Part shown: positions 39,901 to 53,814 of the stretch, piece after piece
How positions within the stretch are numbered: position 1 is the first letter of the stretch
Layout of the letters: the number at the start of each line of letters is the position of its first letter
Assembly (NCBI RefSeq): GCF_035084215.1
Contig: NW_027139246.1
Location: forward strand, 434,001-498,000
Direction of reading: 5' to 3'
Length of the DNA stretch: 64,000 bases
DNA from: Heptranchias perlo
Lineage: Eukaryota
Notes under the pieces: model-generated
Told to the model about the DNA's origin: nothing
Databases searched by the model: none
The model's input: only the letters and a program-made list of their open reading frames with translations
Position numbers and translations under genes: made by a program

Positions 39901-42900
39901 AGTCCGGCAGGATACTACTGTCCAAATATATCAACACAACTCCGGCAGGATTCTACTGTCCAAATATACCAATACAACTCCGGCAGGATTCTACTGTCCA
40001 AATATATCAATACAACTCCGGCAGGATTCTACTGTCCAAATATACCAATACAACTCCGGCAGGATTCTACTGTCCAAATATATCAACACAACTCCGGCAG
40101 GATTCTACTATCGCAAATATATCAATGCAACTCGCGCAGGATTCTACTGTCCCAAATATATCAATACAACTCCTGCAGGATTCTACTGTCCAAATATACC
40201 AATCCAACTCCGACAGGATTCTCCTGTCCAAATATATCAACACAACTCCGGCAGGATTCTACTGTCCAAATTTATCAATACAACTCCGGCAGGATTCTAC
40301 TGTCCCAAATATATCAACACAACTCCGGCAGGATTCTACTGTCCAAATATATCAACACAAGTCCGGCAGGATTCTACTGACCAAATATATCAATACAACT
40401 CCGGCAGGATTCTACTGTCCAAATATATCAATGCAACTCCGGCAGGATTCTACTGTCCCAAATATATCAATACAACTCCGGCAGGATTCTACTGTCCTAA
40501 ATATATCAACACAACTCCGGCAGGATTCTACTGTCCCAAATATATCAATACAACTCCGGCAGGATTCTACTGTCCAAATATATCAATACAACTCCGGCAG
40601 GATTCTACTGTCCAAATATATCAATACAATTCCGGCAGGATTCTACTGTCCAAATATATCAACACAAATCCGGCAGGATTCTACTGTCCCCAATATATCA
40701 ATACAACTCTGGCAGGATTCTACTGTCCAAATATATCAATACAACTCCGGCAGGATTCTACTGTCCAAATATATCAATACAATGCCGGCAGGATTCTAAT
40801 GTCCAAATATATCAATACAACTCCGGCAGGATTCTACTGTGCAAATATATCAATACAACTCCGGCAGGATTCTACTGTCCAAATATATCAACACAACTCC
40901 GGCAGGATTCTACTGTCCCAAATATATCAATACAACTCCGGCAGGATTCTACTGTCCAAATATATCAATACAACTTGGGCAGGATTCTCCTGTCCAAATA
41001 TATCAATACAATTCCGGCAGGATTCTACTGTCCAAATATATCAATACAACTCCGGCAGGATTCTAATGTACCAAATATATCAATACAACTCCGGCAGGAT
41101 TCGACTGTCCAAATATATCAATACAACTCCGGCAGGATTCTACTGTCCAAATATATCAACACAACTCCGGCAGGATTCTACTGTCCAAATATATCAATAC
41201 AACTCCGGCAGGATTCTACTGTCCAAATATATCAATACAAGTCCGGCAGGATTCTACTGTCCCAAATATATCAATACAACTCGGGCAGGATTGTACTGTC
41301 CGAAATATATCAATACAACCCCGGCAGGATTCTACTGTCCAAATATATCAATACAACTCCGGCTGGATTCTACTGTCCCAAATATATCAACACATGTCCG
41401 GCAGGTTTCTACTGTCCCAAATATATCAATACAACTCCAGCAGGATTCTACTGTCCAAATATATCAATACAAGTCCGGCAGGATTCTCCTGTCCCTAATA
41501 TATCAATGCAACTCCCGCAGGATTCTACTGTCCAAATATATCAATACAAGTCCGGCAGGATTCTACTATCGCAAATATATCAATACAACTCCGGCAGGAT
41601 TCTACTGTCCAAATATATCAATACAAGTCCGGCATGATACTACTGTCCAAATATATCAACACAACTCCGGCAGCATTCTACTGTCCAAATATACCAATAC
41701 AACTCCGGCAGGATTCTACTGTCCAAATATATCAATACAACTCCGGCAGGATTCTACTGTCCAAATATACCAATACAACTCCGGCAGGATTCTACTGTCC
41801 AAATATATCAACACAACTCCGGCAGGATTCTACTATCGCAAATATATCAATGCAACTCCCGCAGGATTCTACTGTCCAAATATATCAACACAACTCCGGC
41901 AGGATTCTACTGTCCAAATATATCAATACAACTCCGGCAGGATTCCACTGTTCCAAATATATCAACACAACTCCGGCAGGATTCTACTGTCCAAATATAT
42001 CAACACAACTCCGGCAGGATTCTACTGACCAAATATATCAATACAACTCCGGCAGGATTCTACTGTCCAAATATATCAATGCAACTCCGGCAGGATTCTA
42101 CTGTCCCAAATATATCAATACAACTCCGGCAGGATTCTACTGTCCTAAATATATCAACACAACTCCGGCAGGATTCTACTGTCCCAAATATATCAATACA
42201 ACTCCGGCAGGATTCTACTGTCCAAATATATCAATACAACTCCGGCAGGATTCTACTGTCCAAATATATCAATACAATTCCGGCAGGATTCTACTGTCCA
42301 AATATATCAACACAAATCCGGCAGGATTCTACTGTCCCCAATATATCAATACAACTCCGGCAGGATTCAACTGTCCAAATATATTAACACAACTCCGGCA
42401 GGATTCTACTGTCCAAAATATATCAATACAACTCCGGCAGGATTCTCCTGTCCCAAATATATCAATACAACTCCGGCAGGATTCTACTGTCCTAAATATA
42501 TCAACACAACTCCGGCAGGATTCTACTGTCCCAAATATATCAATACAACTCCGGCAGGATTCTACTGTCCAAAATATATCAACACAACTCCGGCAGGATT
42601 CTACTGTCCCAAATATATCAACACAACTCCGGCAGGAATCTACTGTCCAAAATATATCAATGCAACTCCGGCAGGATTCTACTGTCCCAAATATATCAAT
42701 ACAACTCGGGCAGGATTCTACTGTCCCAAATATATCAATACAACTCCGGCAGGATTCTACTGTCCCAAATATATCAATACAACTCCGGCAGGATTCTACT
42801 GTCCAAATATATCAACACAACTCCGGCAGGATTCTACTGTCCCAAATATATCAATACAACTCCGGCAGGATTCTACTGTCCAAATATATCGACACAACTC

Positions 42901-45900
42901 CGGGAGGATTCTACTGTCCCAAATATATCAATACAACTCCGGCAGGATTCTACTGTCCAAATATATCAACACAACTCCGGCAGGATTCTACTCTCCCAAA
43001 TATATCAATACAACTCCGGCAGGATTCTACTGTCCAAATATATCAACACAACTCCGGCAGGATTCCCCTGTCCCAAATATATCAATACAACTCCGGCAGG
43101 ATTCTACTGTCCAAATATATCAATACAACTCCGGCAGGATTCTACTGTCCAAAACATATCATTACAACTCCGGCAGGATTCTACTGTCCAAATATATCAA
43201 CACAACTCCGGCAGGATTCTACTGTCCCAAATATATCAATACAACTCCGGCAGGATTCTACTGTCCAAAATATATCAATACAACTCCGGCAGGATTCTAC
43301 TGTCCCAAATATATCAACACAACTCCGGCAGGATTCTACTGTCCTAAATATATCAATACAACTCGGGCAGGATTCTACTGTCCCAAATATATCAACACAA
43401 CTCCGGCAGGATTCTACTGTCCAAATATATCAATACAACTCCGGCAGGATTCTACTGTCCAAAACATATCATTACAACTCCGGCAGGATTCTACTGTCCA
43501 AATATATCAACACAACTCCGGCAGGATTCTACTGTCCCAAATATATCAACACAACTCCGGCAGGATTCTACTGTCCAAATATATCAATACAACTCGGGCA
43601 GGATTCTACTGTCCAAATATATCAACACAACTCCGGCAGGATTCTACTGTCCCAAATATATCAATACAACTCCGGCAGGATTCTACTGTCCAAATATATC
43701 AACACAACTCCGGCAGGATTCTACTGTCCTAAATATATCAATACAACTCCTGCAGGATTCTACTGTCCAAAATATATCAACACAACTCCGGCAGGATTCT
43801 ACTGTCCCAAATATATCAACACAACTCCGGCAGGATTCTACTGTCCCAAATATATCAACACAACTCCGGCAGGATTCTACTGTCCAAATATATCAATACA
43901 ACTCCGGCAGGATTCTACTGTCCCAAATATATCAATACAACTCCGGCAGGATTCTACTGTCCAAATATATCAATACAACTCCGGCAGGATTCTACTGTCC
44001 CAAATATATCAATACAACTCCGGCAGGATTCTACTGTCCCAAATATATCAATACAACTCCGGCAGGATTCTACTGTCCCAAATATATCAACACAACTGCG
44101 GCAGGATTCTACTGTCCGAAATATATCAATACAACTCCGGCAGGATTCTACTGTCCAAATATATCAATACAACTCCGGCAGGATTCTACTGTCCCAAATA
44201 TATCAATACAACTCCGGCAGGATTCTACTGTCCAAATATATCAATACAACTCCGGCAGGATTCTACTGTCCCAAATATATCAATACAACTCCGGCAGGAT
44301 TCTACTGTCCAAATATATCAATACAACTCCGGCAGGATTCTACTGTCCCAAATATATCAACACAACTCCGGCAGGATTCTACTGTCCAAAATATATCAAT
44401 ACAACTCCGGCAGGATTCTACTGTCCCAAATATATCAATACAACTCCGGCAGGATTCTACTGTCCAAATATATCAATACAACTCCGGCAGGATTCTACTG
44501 TCCCAAATATATCAACACAACTCCGGCAGGATTCTACTGTCCAAAATATATCAATACAACTCCGGCAGGATTCTACTGTCCAAAATATATCAATACAACT
44601 CCGGCAGGATTCTACTGTCCAAAATATATCAACACAACTCCAGCAGGATTCTACTGTCCCAAATATATCAATACAACTCCGGCAGGATTCTGCTGTCCAA
44701 AATATATCAATACAACTCCGGCAGGATTCTACTGTCCAAAATATATCAATACAACTCCGGCAGGATTCTACTGTCCAAATATATCAACACAACTCCGGCA
44801 GGATTCTACTGTCCCAAATATATCAATACAACTCCGGCAGGATTCTACTGTCCTAAATATATCAACACAACTCCGGCAGGATTCTACTGTCCCAAATATA
44901 TCAACACAACTCCGGCATGATTCTGCTGTCCTAAATATATCAACACAACTCCGGCAGGATTCTACTGTCCTAAATATATCAATACAACTCCGGCAGGTAT
45001 CTGCTGTCCCAAATATATCAATCCAACTCCGGCAGGATTCTACTGTCCCAAATATATCAATACAACTCCGGCAGGATTCTACTGTCCAAATATATCAACA
45101 CAACTCCGGCAGGATTCTGCTGTCCCAAATATATCAATACAACTCCGGCAGGATTCTGCTGTCCCAAATATATCAATACAACTCCGGCAGGATTCTACTG
45201 TCCTAAATATATCAATACAACTCCGGCAGGTATCTGCTGTCCCAAATATATCAATACAACTCCGGCAGGATTCTACTGTCCAAATATATCAACACAACTC
45301 CGGCAGGATTCTACTGTCCTAAATATATCAACACAACTCAGGCAGGATTCTACTGTCCCAAATATATCAATACAACTCCGGCAGGATTCTACTGTCCAAA
45401 TATATCAACACAACTCCGGCAGGATTCTACTGTCCAAATATATCAACACAACTCCGGCAGGATTCTACTGTCCCAAATATATCAATACAACTCCGGCAGG
45501 ATTCTACTGTCCCAAATATATCAATACAACTCCGGCAGGATTCTACTGTCCAAATATATCAACACAACTCCGGCAGGATTCTACTGTCCTAAATATATCA
45601 ACACAACTCAGGCAGGATTCTACTGTCCAAATATATCAACACAACTCCGGCAGGATTCTGCTGTCCCAAATATATCAACACAAATCCGGCAGGATTCTAC
45701 TGTCCAAATATATCAATACAACTCCGGCAGGATTCTACTGTCCTAAATATATCAATACAACTCCGGCAGGATTCTACTGTCCAAATATATCAATACAACT
45801 CCGGCAGGTTTCTACTGTCCTAAATATATCAACACAACTCCGGCAGGATTCTACTGTCCCAAATATATCAATACAACTGCGGCAGGATTCTACTGTCCCA

Positions 45901-48900
45901 AATATATCAATACAACTCCGGCAGGATTCTACTGTCCAAATATATCAATACAACTCCGGCAGGATTCTACTGTCCAAATATATCAACACAACTCCGGCAG
46001 GATTCTACTGTCCTAAATATATCAATACAACTCCGGCAGGATTCTACTGTCCAAATATTTCAATACAACTCCGGCAGGATTCTACTGTCCAAATATATCA
46101 ATACAACTGCGGCAGGATTCTACTGTCCCAAATATATCAACACAACTCCGGCAGGATTCTACTGTCCAAATATTTCAATACAACTCCGGCAGGATTCTAC
46201 TGTCCAAATATATCAATACAACTCCGGCAGGATTCTACTGTCCAAATATATCAATACAACTCCGGCAGGATTCTACTGTCCCAAATATATCAATACAACT
46301 CCGGCAGGATTCTACTGTCCAAAATATATCAATACAACTCCGGCAGGATTCTACTGTCCAAATATATCAATACAACTCCGGCAGGATTCTACTATCCCAA
46401 ATATATCAATACAACTCCGGCAGGATTCTACTGTCCAAAATATATCAATACAACTCCGGCAGGATTCTACTGTCCAAATATATCAATACAACTCCGGCAG
46501 GATTCTACTGTCCAAATATATCAATACAACTCCGGCAGGATTCTACTGTCCAAATATATCAATACAACTCCGGCAGGATTCTACTGTCCAAAATATATCA
46601 ATACAACTCCGGCAGGATTCTACTGTCCAAATATATCAATACAACTCCGGCAGGATTCTACTGTCCCAAATATATCAATACAACTCCGGCAGGATTCTAC
46701 TGTCCAAAATATATCAATACAACTCCGGCAGGATTCTACTGTCCAAATATATCAATACAACTCCGGCAGGATTCTACTGTCCAAATATATCAATACAACT
46801 CCGGCAGGATTCTACTGTCCAAATATATCAACACAACTCCGGCAGGATTCTACTGTCCCAAATATATCAATACAACTCCGGCAGGATTCTACTGTCCAAA
46901 ATATATCAATACAACTCCGGCAGGATTCTACTGTCCAAAATATATCAATACAACTCCGGCAGGATTCTACTGTCCAAAATATATCAATACAACTCCGGCA
47001 GGATTCTACTGTCCTAAATATATCAATACAACTCCGGCAGGATTCTACTGTCCCAAATATATCAACACAACTCCGGCAGGATTCTACTGTCCCAAATATA
47101 TCAATACAACTCCGGCAGGATTCTACTGTCCCAAATATATCAATACAACTCGGGCAGGATTCTACTGTCCCAAATATATCAATACAACTCTGGCAGGATT
47201 CTACTGTCCGAAATATATCAACACAACTCCGGCAGGATTCTACTGTTCCAAATATATCAATACAACTCGGGCAGGATTCTACTGTCCAAAATATATCAAT
47301 ACACCTCCGGCAGGATTCTACTGTCCCAAATATATCAATACAACTCCGGCAGGTTTCTACTGTCCCAAATATATCAATACAACTCCGGCAGGATTCTACT
47401 GTCCAAAATATATCAATACAACTCCGGCAGGATTCTACTGTCCAAATATATCAACACAACTCCGGCAGGATTCTACTGTCCCAAATATATCAATACAACT
47501 CCGGCAGGATTCTACTGTCCAAAATATATCAATACAACTCCGGCAGGATTCTACTGTCCAAATATATCAATACAACTCCGGCAGGATTCTACTGTCCCAA
47601 ATATATCAACACAACTCCGGCAGGATTCTACTGTCCCAAATATATCAATACAACTCGGGCAGGATTCTACTGTCCCAAATATATCAATACAACTCTGGCA
47701 GGATTCTACTGTCCCAAATATATCAATACAACTCGGGCAGGATTCTACTGTCCCAAATATATCAATACAACTCGGGCAGGATTCTACTGTCCGAAATATA
47801 TCAACACAACTCCGGCAGGATTCTACTGTTCCAAATATATCAATACAACTCCGGCAGGATTCTACTGTCCAAAATATATCAATACAACTCGGGCAGGATT
47901 CTACTGTCCCAAATATATCAATACAACTCGGGCAGGATTCTACTGTCCGAAATATATCAACACAACTCCGGCAGGATTCTACTGTTCCAAATATATCAAT
48001 ACAACTCCGGCAGGATTCTACTGTCCAAAATATATCAATACAACTCGGGCAGGATTCTACTGTCCCAAATATATCAATACAACTCCGGCAGGATTCTACT
48101 GTCCTAAATATATCAATACAACTGCGGCAGGATTCTAATGTCCGAAATATATCAATACAACTCGTGCAGGATTCTACTGTCCCAAATATATCAATACAAC
48201 TCCGGCAGGATTCTACTATCCCAAATATATCAACAGAACTCCGGCAGGATTCTACTGTCCCAAATATATCAATACAACTCCGGCACGATTCTACTGTCCT
48301 AAATATATCAATACAACTCCGGCAGGATTCTGCTGTCCTAAATATATCAATACAACTCTGGCAGGATTCAACAGTCCAAAATATATCAATACAACTCCGG
48401 CATGATTCTGCTGTCCTAAATATATCAACACAACTCCGGCAGGATTCTGCTGTCCCAAATATATCAATACAACTCCGGCAGGTATCTGCTGTCCCAAATA
48501 TATCAATCCAACTCCGGCAGGATTCTACTGTCCCAAATATATCAATACAACTCCGGCAGGATTCTACTGTCCAAATATATCAACACAACTCCGGCAGGAT
48601 TCTACTGTCCAAATATATCAATACAAATCCGGCAGGATTCTACTGTCCAAATATATCAATACAACTCCGGCAGGATTCTACTGTCCTAAATATATCAATA
48701 CAACTCCGGCAGGATTCTACTGTCCAAATATATCAATACAACTCCGGCAGGTTTCTACTGTCCCAAATATATCAATACAACTCCGGCAGGATTCTACTGT
48801 CCCAAATATATCAACACAACTCCGGCAGGATTCTACTGTCCCAAATATATCAACACAACTCCGGCAGGATTCTACTGTCCCAAATATATCAACACAACTC

Positions 48901-49821
48901 CGGCAGGATTCTACTGTCCCAAATATATCAATACAACTCCGGCAGGATTCTACTGTCCCAAATATATCAACACAACTCCGGCAGGTTTCTACTGTCCCAA
49001 ATATATCAATACAACTCCGGCAGGATTCTACTGTCCCAAATATATCAACACAACTCCGGCAGGATTCTACTGTCCCAAATATATCAATACAACTCCAGCA
49101 GGATTCTACTGTCCCAAATATATCAACACAACTCCGGCAGGATTCTACTGTCCCAAATATATCAATACAACTGCGGCAGGATTCTACTGTCCAAAATATA
49201 TCAACACAACTCCGGCAGGATTCTACTGTCCCAAATATATCAATACAACTCCGGCAGGATTCTACTGTCCAAATATTTCAATACAACTCCGGCAGGATTC
49301 TACTGTCCAAATATATCAATACAACTGCGGCAGGATTCTACTGTCCCAAATATATCAATACAACTCCGGCAGGATTCTGCTGTCCCAAATATATCAACAC
49401 AACTCCGGCAGGATTCTGCTGTCCCAAATATATCAATACAACTGCGGCAGGATTCTACTGTCCCAAATATATCAATACAACTCCGGCAGGATTCTACTGT
49501 CCAAATATTTCAATACAACTCCGGCAGGATTCTACTGTCCAAATATATCAATACAACTCCGGCAGGATTCTACTGTCCCAAATATATCAATACAACTCCG
49601 GCAGGATTCTACTGTCCCAAATATATCAACATAACTCCGGCAGGATTCTACTGTCCCAAATATATCAATACAACTCCGGCAGGATTCTACTGTCCAAATA
49701 TATCAACACAACTCCGGCAGGATTCTACTGTCCTAAATATATCAGTACAACTCCGGCAGGATTCCACTGTCCAAATATATCAACACAACTCCGGAAGGAT
49801 TCTACTGTCCTAAATATATCA
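12982..49821. repeat. 36.8-kb tandem satellite of a 38/39-bp unit (about 950 copies) with kb-scale internal duplications
   Basis: Unit (C/T/-)AAATATATCAA(T/C)ACAACTCCGGCAGGATTCTACTGTCC is head-to-tail and single-orientation, with no unique insertions seen. Confidence 0.99.
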
Positions 49822-49839
49822 GATGTGATAGCATTTGTG

Positions 49840-50770
49840 TGTTCAATGACTGTAACTAACATTAATGGTGATGTTACAGAATCTGTTTATTCAATGACTG
49901 TAACTAACATTAATGGTGATGTTGCAGAATCTGTTTATTCAATGACTGTAACTAACATTAATGGTGATGTTACAGAATCTGTTTATTCCATGACTGTAAC
50001 TAAAATTAATGGTGATGTTACAGAATCTGTTTGTTCAATGACTGTAACTAACATTAATGGTGATGTTACAGAATCTGTTTATTCAATGACTGTAACTAAC
50101 ATTAATGGTGATGTTACAGAATCTGTTCAATGACTGTAACTAACATTAATGGTGATGTTACAGAATCTGTTTATTCAATGACTGTAACTAACATTAATGG
50201 TGATGTTACAGAATCTGTTCAATGACTGTAACTAACATTAATGGTGATGTTGCAGAATCTGTTTATTCAATGACTGTAACTAACATTAATGGTGATGTTA
50301 CAGAATCTGTTCAATGACTGTAACTAACATTAATGGTGATGTTACAGAATCTGTTTATTCAATGACTGTAACTAACATTAATGGTGATGTTACAGAATCT
50401 GTTTATTCAATGACTGTAACTAACCTTAATGGTGATGTTACAGAATCTGTTTATTCAGTGACTGTAACTAACATTAATGGTGATGTTACAGAATCTGTTC
50501 AATGACTGTAACTAACATTAATGGTGATGTTACAGAATCTGTTTATTCAGTGACTGTAACTAACATTAATGGTGATGTTACAGAATCTGTTTATTCAATG
50601 ACTGTAACTAACCTTAATGGTGATGTTACAGAATCTGTTTATTCAGTGACTGTAACTAACATTAATGGTGATGTTACAGAATCTGTTCATTCAATGACTG
50701 TAACTAACATTAATGGTGATGTTACAGAATCTGTTTATTCAATGACTGTAACTAACATTAATGGTGATGT
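49840..50770. repeat. 48-bp AT-rich minisatellite (with 44-bp variants), about 20 copies
   Basis: Unit AATGACTGTAACTAACATTAATGGTGATGTTACAGAATCTGTTTATTC; some copies lack 4 nt. Confidence 0.97.
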
Positions 50771-50803
50771 AACCTAATTGTCTCTCTGGGGGTTAACATC
50801 AGG

Positions 50804-50810
50804 TATAAGA
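50804..50810 (+). promoter_or_regulatory. Candidate TATA box of the GPCR gene
   Basis: TATAAGA lies 70-76 bp upstream of ATG 50880 and 33 bp past the end of the 48-bp array. Confidence 0.45.
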
Positions 50811-50879
50811 AGGGATCCTTTCAATATCGAACAGAGCGGGTGTGGGACAGGGAACTGACATCGCTGCTTCTCACAGAAA

Positions 50880-50949
50880 ATGCACTCCCCGCCCAGAGGT
50901 CCGGTCTATGCCATTTACTACACTGTCCTTGCAGCTGTCGCTGTTCCGG
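50880..50949 (+). CDS. Exon 1 of the GPR139-like GPCR (short N-terminus and first part of TM1)
   Basis: AAAATG then MHSPPRGPVYAIYYTVLAAVAVP plus one G, followed by donor GTAAAG at 50950. The phase-1 join gives ...AVAVPVNLVAIVIL, which restores the TM1 Asn motif. Confidence 0.82.
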
Positions 50950-51620
50950 GTAAAGTATTACAGCAAGTTATTCATTGTGAGAAGCATTAGTTACCTGGAT
51001 TGTCTCAGTAACTGGTTGTTGACCGCACTTTGTACAGTGCGTTTCCCCCGGAGCCGCCTGTCCAGCGGGATCACTCCAATCCGTGTTCCACCCTGAAAGG
51101 ACTTTGTTTGTTCAGTGCGACGGTTGATTGAAATTATATTCACATGTTGATATTTTTTGATCATAATTGGACTGTGTCTGTGTAATGGCGGAGAGTGAAA
51201 TATCCCTCCCCCAACACCGACCTCCAAATCACACTTTGAAATGTGTCTCCATTCTCTCCAATCAGCCGCTTCCCCGGTGTGAGGAGCGGGCGAACTTCCC
51301 ACCAGCTCACGCCTTGCTCCGGTCTAACTGTTTCTGGACGATTGTGAATAGGTGGAGAAAAAATCTCTGCAAAAATACCTCTGTGTGTTTAAACTGTATT
51401 GAATTACATGCAGTTCTAATCATTGCCTTGTAATCGGGTTTAATGACATTTCACCTCTCTCAGTTCCCGGGATCTCAGCTCTGCTCCCACCTCCTCCCAT
51501 CTCCTGGTGTGTCTCGGACTAACCCGTTCCAGCTGGCTGTAACTGGACAACGTTACAAAGTGAATACTTTAAATACAATGTGTAATTGTACATTATATCA
51601 GTGTAAGACACAAGCTCGTT

Positions 51621-52779
51621 ACCGCATGGTAGGTTGTTGCATAAGGTTAAATCTCACGGGATCCAAGGTGAGGTAGCCAATTGGATACAACATTGGATTG
51701 ACGACAGAAGACAGAGGGTGGGTGTGGAGGGTTGTTTTTTAAACTGGAGGCCTGTGACCAGCGGTGTGCCTCAGGGATCGGTGCTGGATCCGCTGTTATT
51801 TGTTATTTATATTAATGATTTGGATGAGAATTTAGGAGGCATGGTTAGTAAGTTTGCAGATGACACCAAGATTGGTGGCATCGTGGACGGTGAAGAAGGT
51901 TATCTAGGATTGCAACGGAATCTTGATAAATTGGGCCAGTGGGCCGATGAATGGCAGATGGAGTTTAATTCAGATAAATGTGAGGTGATGCATTTTGGTA
52001 GATCGAATCGGACCAGGACCTACTCCGTTAATGGTAGGGCGTTGGGGAGAGTTATAGAACAAAGAGATCTAGGAGTACAGATTCATAGCTCCTTGAAAGT
52101 GGAGTCACAGGTGGATAGGGAGGTGAAGAAGACATTCAGCATGCTTGGTTTCATTGGTCAGAACATTGAATACAGGAGTTGGGATGTCTTGTTGAAGTTG
52201 TACAAGACATTAGTAAGGCCACACTTGGAATACTGTGCACAGTTCTGGTCACCCTATTATAGAAAGGATATTATTAAACTAGAAAGAGTGCAGAAAAGAT
52301 TTACTAGGATGCTGCCGGGACTTGATGGTTTGACTTATAGGGAGAGGTTTGACAGACTGGGACTTTTTTCCCTGGAGAGTAGGAAGTTAAGGGGTGATCT
52401 TATAGAAGTCTATAAAATAATGAGGGGCATAGATAAGGTAGATAGTCAAAATCTTTTCCCAAAAGTAGGGGAGTCTCTAATGAGGGGGCATAGATTTAAG
52501 GTGAGAGGGGAGAGATACAAAAGGGTCCAGAGGGGCAATTTTTTCACTCAAAGGGTGGTGAGTGTCTGGAACGAGCTGCCAGAGGCAGTAGTAGAGGCGG
52601 GTACAATTTTGTATTTTAAAAAGTATTTGGACAGTTACATGGGTAAGATGGGTACAGAGGGAAATGGGCCAAGTGCAGGCAATTGGGACTAGCTTAGTGG
52701 TATAAACTGGGCGACATGGACATGTTGGGCCGAAGGGCCTGTTTCCATGTTGTAAACTTCTATGATTCTATGATTCTAT
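51621..52779 (+). mobile_element. 5'-truncated CR1 LINE in the GPCR intron (uninterrupted 352-aa RT C-terminal ORF and 3' UTR)
   Basis: ORF 51634..52692 has GVPQGSVL, KFADDTK and LVRPHLEYC. The tail is TTCTATGATTCTATGATTCTAT. Confidence 0.95.
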
Positions 52780-53021
52780 AACAGGATCACGCAGTGAGAC
52801 CGTGTCCTCACATTTCCTATCACCTTATTGATATTATATTTCAGTGATATTATCATATTATTGATCAATGGGTCTGATTTGTCTTCCCTCCTCTCCTGCG
52901 GTTTGACTCAGGCTGGGGCTCGGTAAGACTGAGGTTCTATTCGCCCCTCCCCCGTGACACTGGAGATTCTGTGACCCGCCCTTCTGTTTCATTCCTTGTA
53001 TTTATTTCCAGTTGTATGATC

Positions 53022-53420
53022 TTAGTTCAGTGAGAAACACTCTGACCTCTTAGTCCGAGAGTTACGGGTTCTACAGCCCACTCCAGGACCTTAGTCCATA
53101 GTCCGGGATGACACAGGGAAGGATTGAGGGAGTGCTGCATTGCGGGACCTGTGGTTCTCCCACGACCCCCTGAACCCCAGCCCCCGTCAGGTGATTGGGA
53201 TGGAAGTTGAGGATTGTATTGGAGAACTACCGACCGATCTCCTGGTGCTCTGGATAATATTCATTCTCAATCAATGCCGCCAGATCCAGACTAACTGGGT
53301 AATGCTCTCCCTGCTGTTTCCGGGACCTGGATCAGCCAGACTGACCGTGGGTCTGTCAATGTGAAGGGGATCCAATATATTGAGAGATCTGTCAGGCGGT
53401 CACATCAATACGAATCTTCA
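53022..53420 (+). mobile_element. Highly diverged tRNA-derived SINE, probably DeuSINE (SacSINE1-like)
   Basis: A tRNA-like head (TAGTTCAGTG...GGGTTCTACAGCCCACTCCAG) and body motifs TGAGGGAGTGCTGCATTG, CCTGGTGCTCTGGATAATATTCATTCTCAA and TGCTGTTT..GGGA. Family recognised from recall only. Confidence 0.65.
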
Positions 53421-53654
53421 CAATCTTTGTTTCATTGTTTGTAAGATTCATTTTACATTTGTTTTGTTTTTGTTCCATTTGTTACTGTGTTGATTGTGTG
53501 GTTTTTCATTAATTATCTTAAACTGTATAAATTGCTCATTATTCATTACACAAGGACTGTTATTAACACGTTTGAACATTCTATTTATTTTAATACATGT
53601 TGTTTCCCAAGGATTTTAAATATTTTTCGTTCACCCGAGGTCTCTGGCCTGTGT

Positions 53655-53720
53655 GGAATCTTGGAGGGCAGAAGGAGGCCATTCGGTCCATCGCGCCTGT
53701 GCCAGCTCTTTAAAAGATTA
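53655..53720 (-). mobile_element. CR1-type 3' tail fragment
   Basis: CAGAAGGAGGCCATTCGGTCCATCGCGCCTGTGCCAGCTCTTT is the reverse complement of the tail seen at about 54460-54500. Confidence 0.75.
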
Positions 53721-53814
53721 ACTGTCAGACTCCATCCCTTCAATTATCAAAGACGGAAACTTTATACAATTCCGGTCAATGTATTACTTCTGCTGGGAGT
53801 CTATAAGTTAATCT

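Noticed and set aside
12982-49821. Long repetitive ORFs (up to 1190 aa; [37 protein letters not shown]), including a PAGFYCP motif reminiscent of Cys-rich repeat proteins
   Set aside because: The three peptides are the three frames of one 38/39-bp unit and switch at random with 1-bp indels. There is no frame preservation, start context or splice structure.
12982-49821. CACAACT in many satellite units resembles the V1 heptamer CACAACG (possible cryptic RSS array)
   Set aside because: No nonamer-like sequence lies at 12 or 23 nt spacing (TACTGTCC.. and ATATATCAA respectively).
49825-50777. MTVTNINGDVTESVYS repeat ORFs
   Set aside because: These are translations of the 48-bp minisatellite, broken by 44-bp units.
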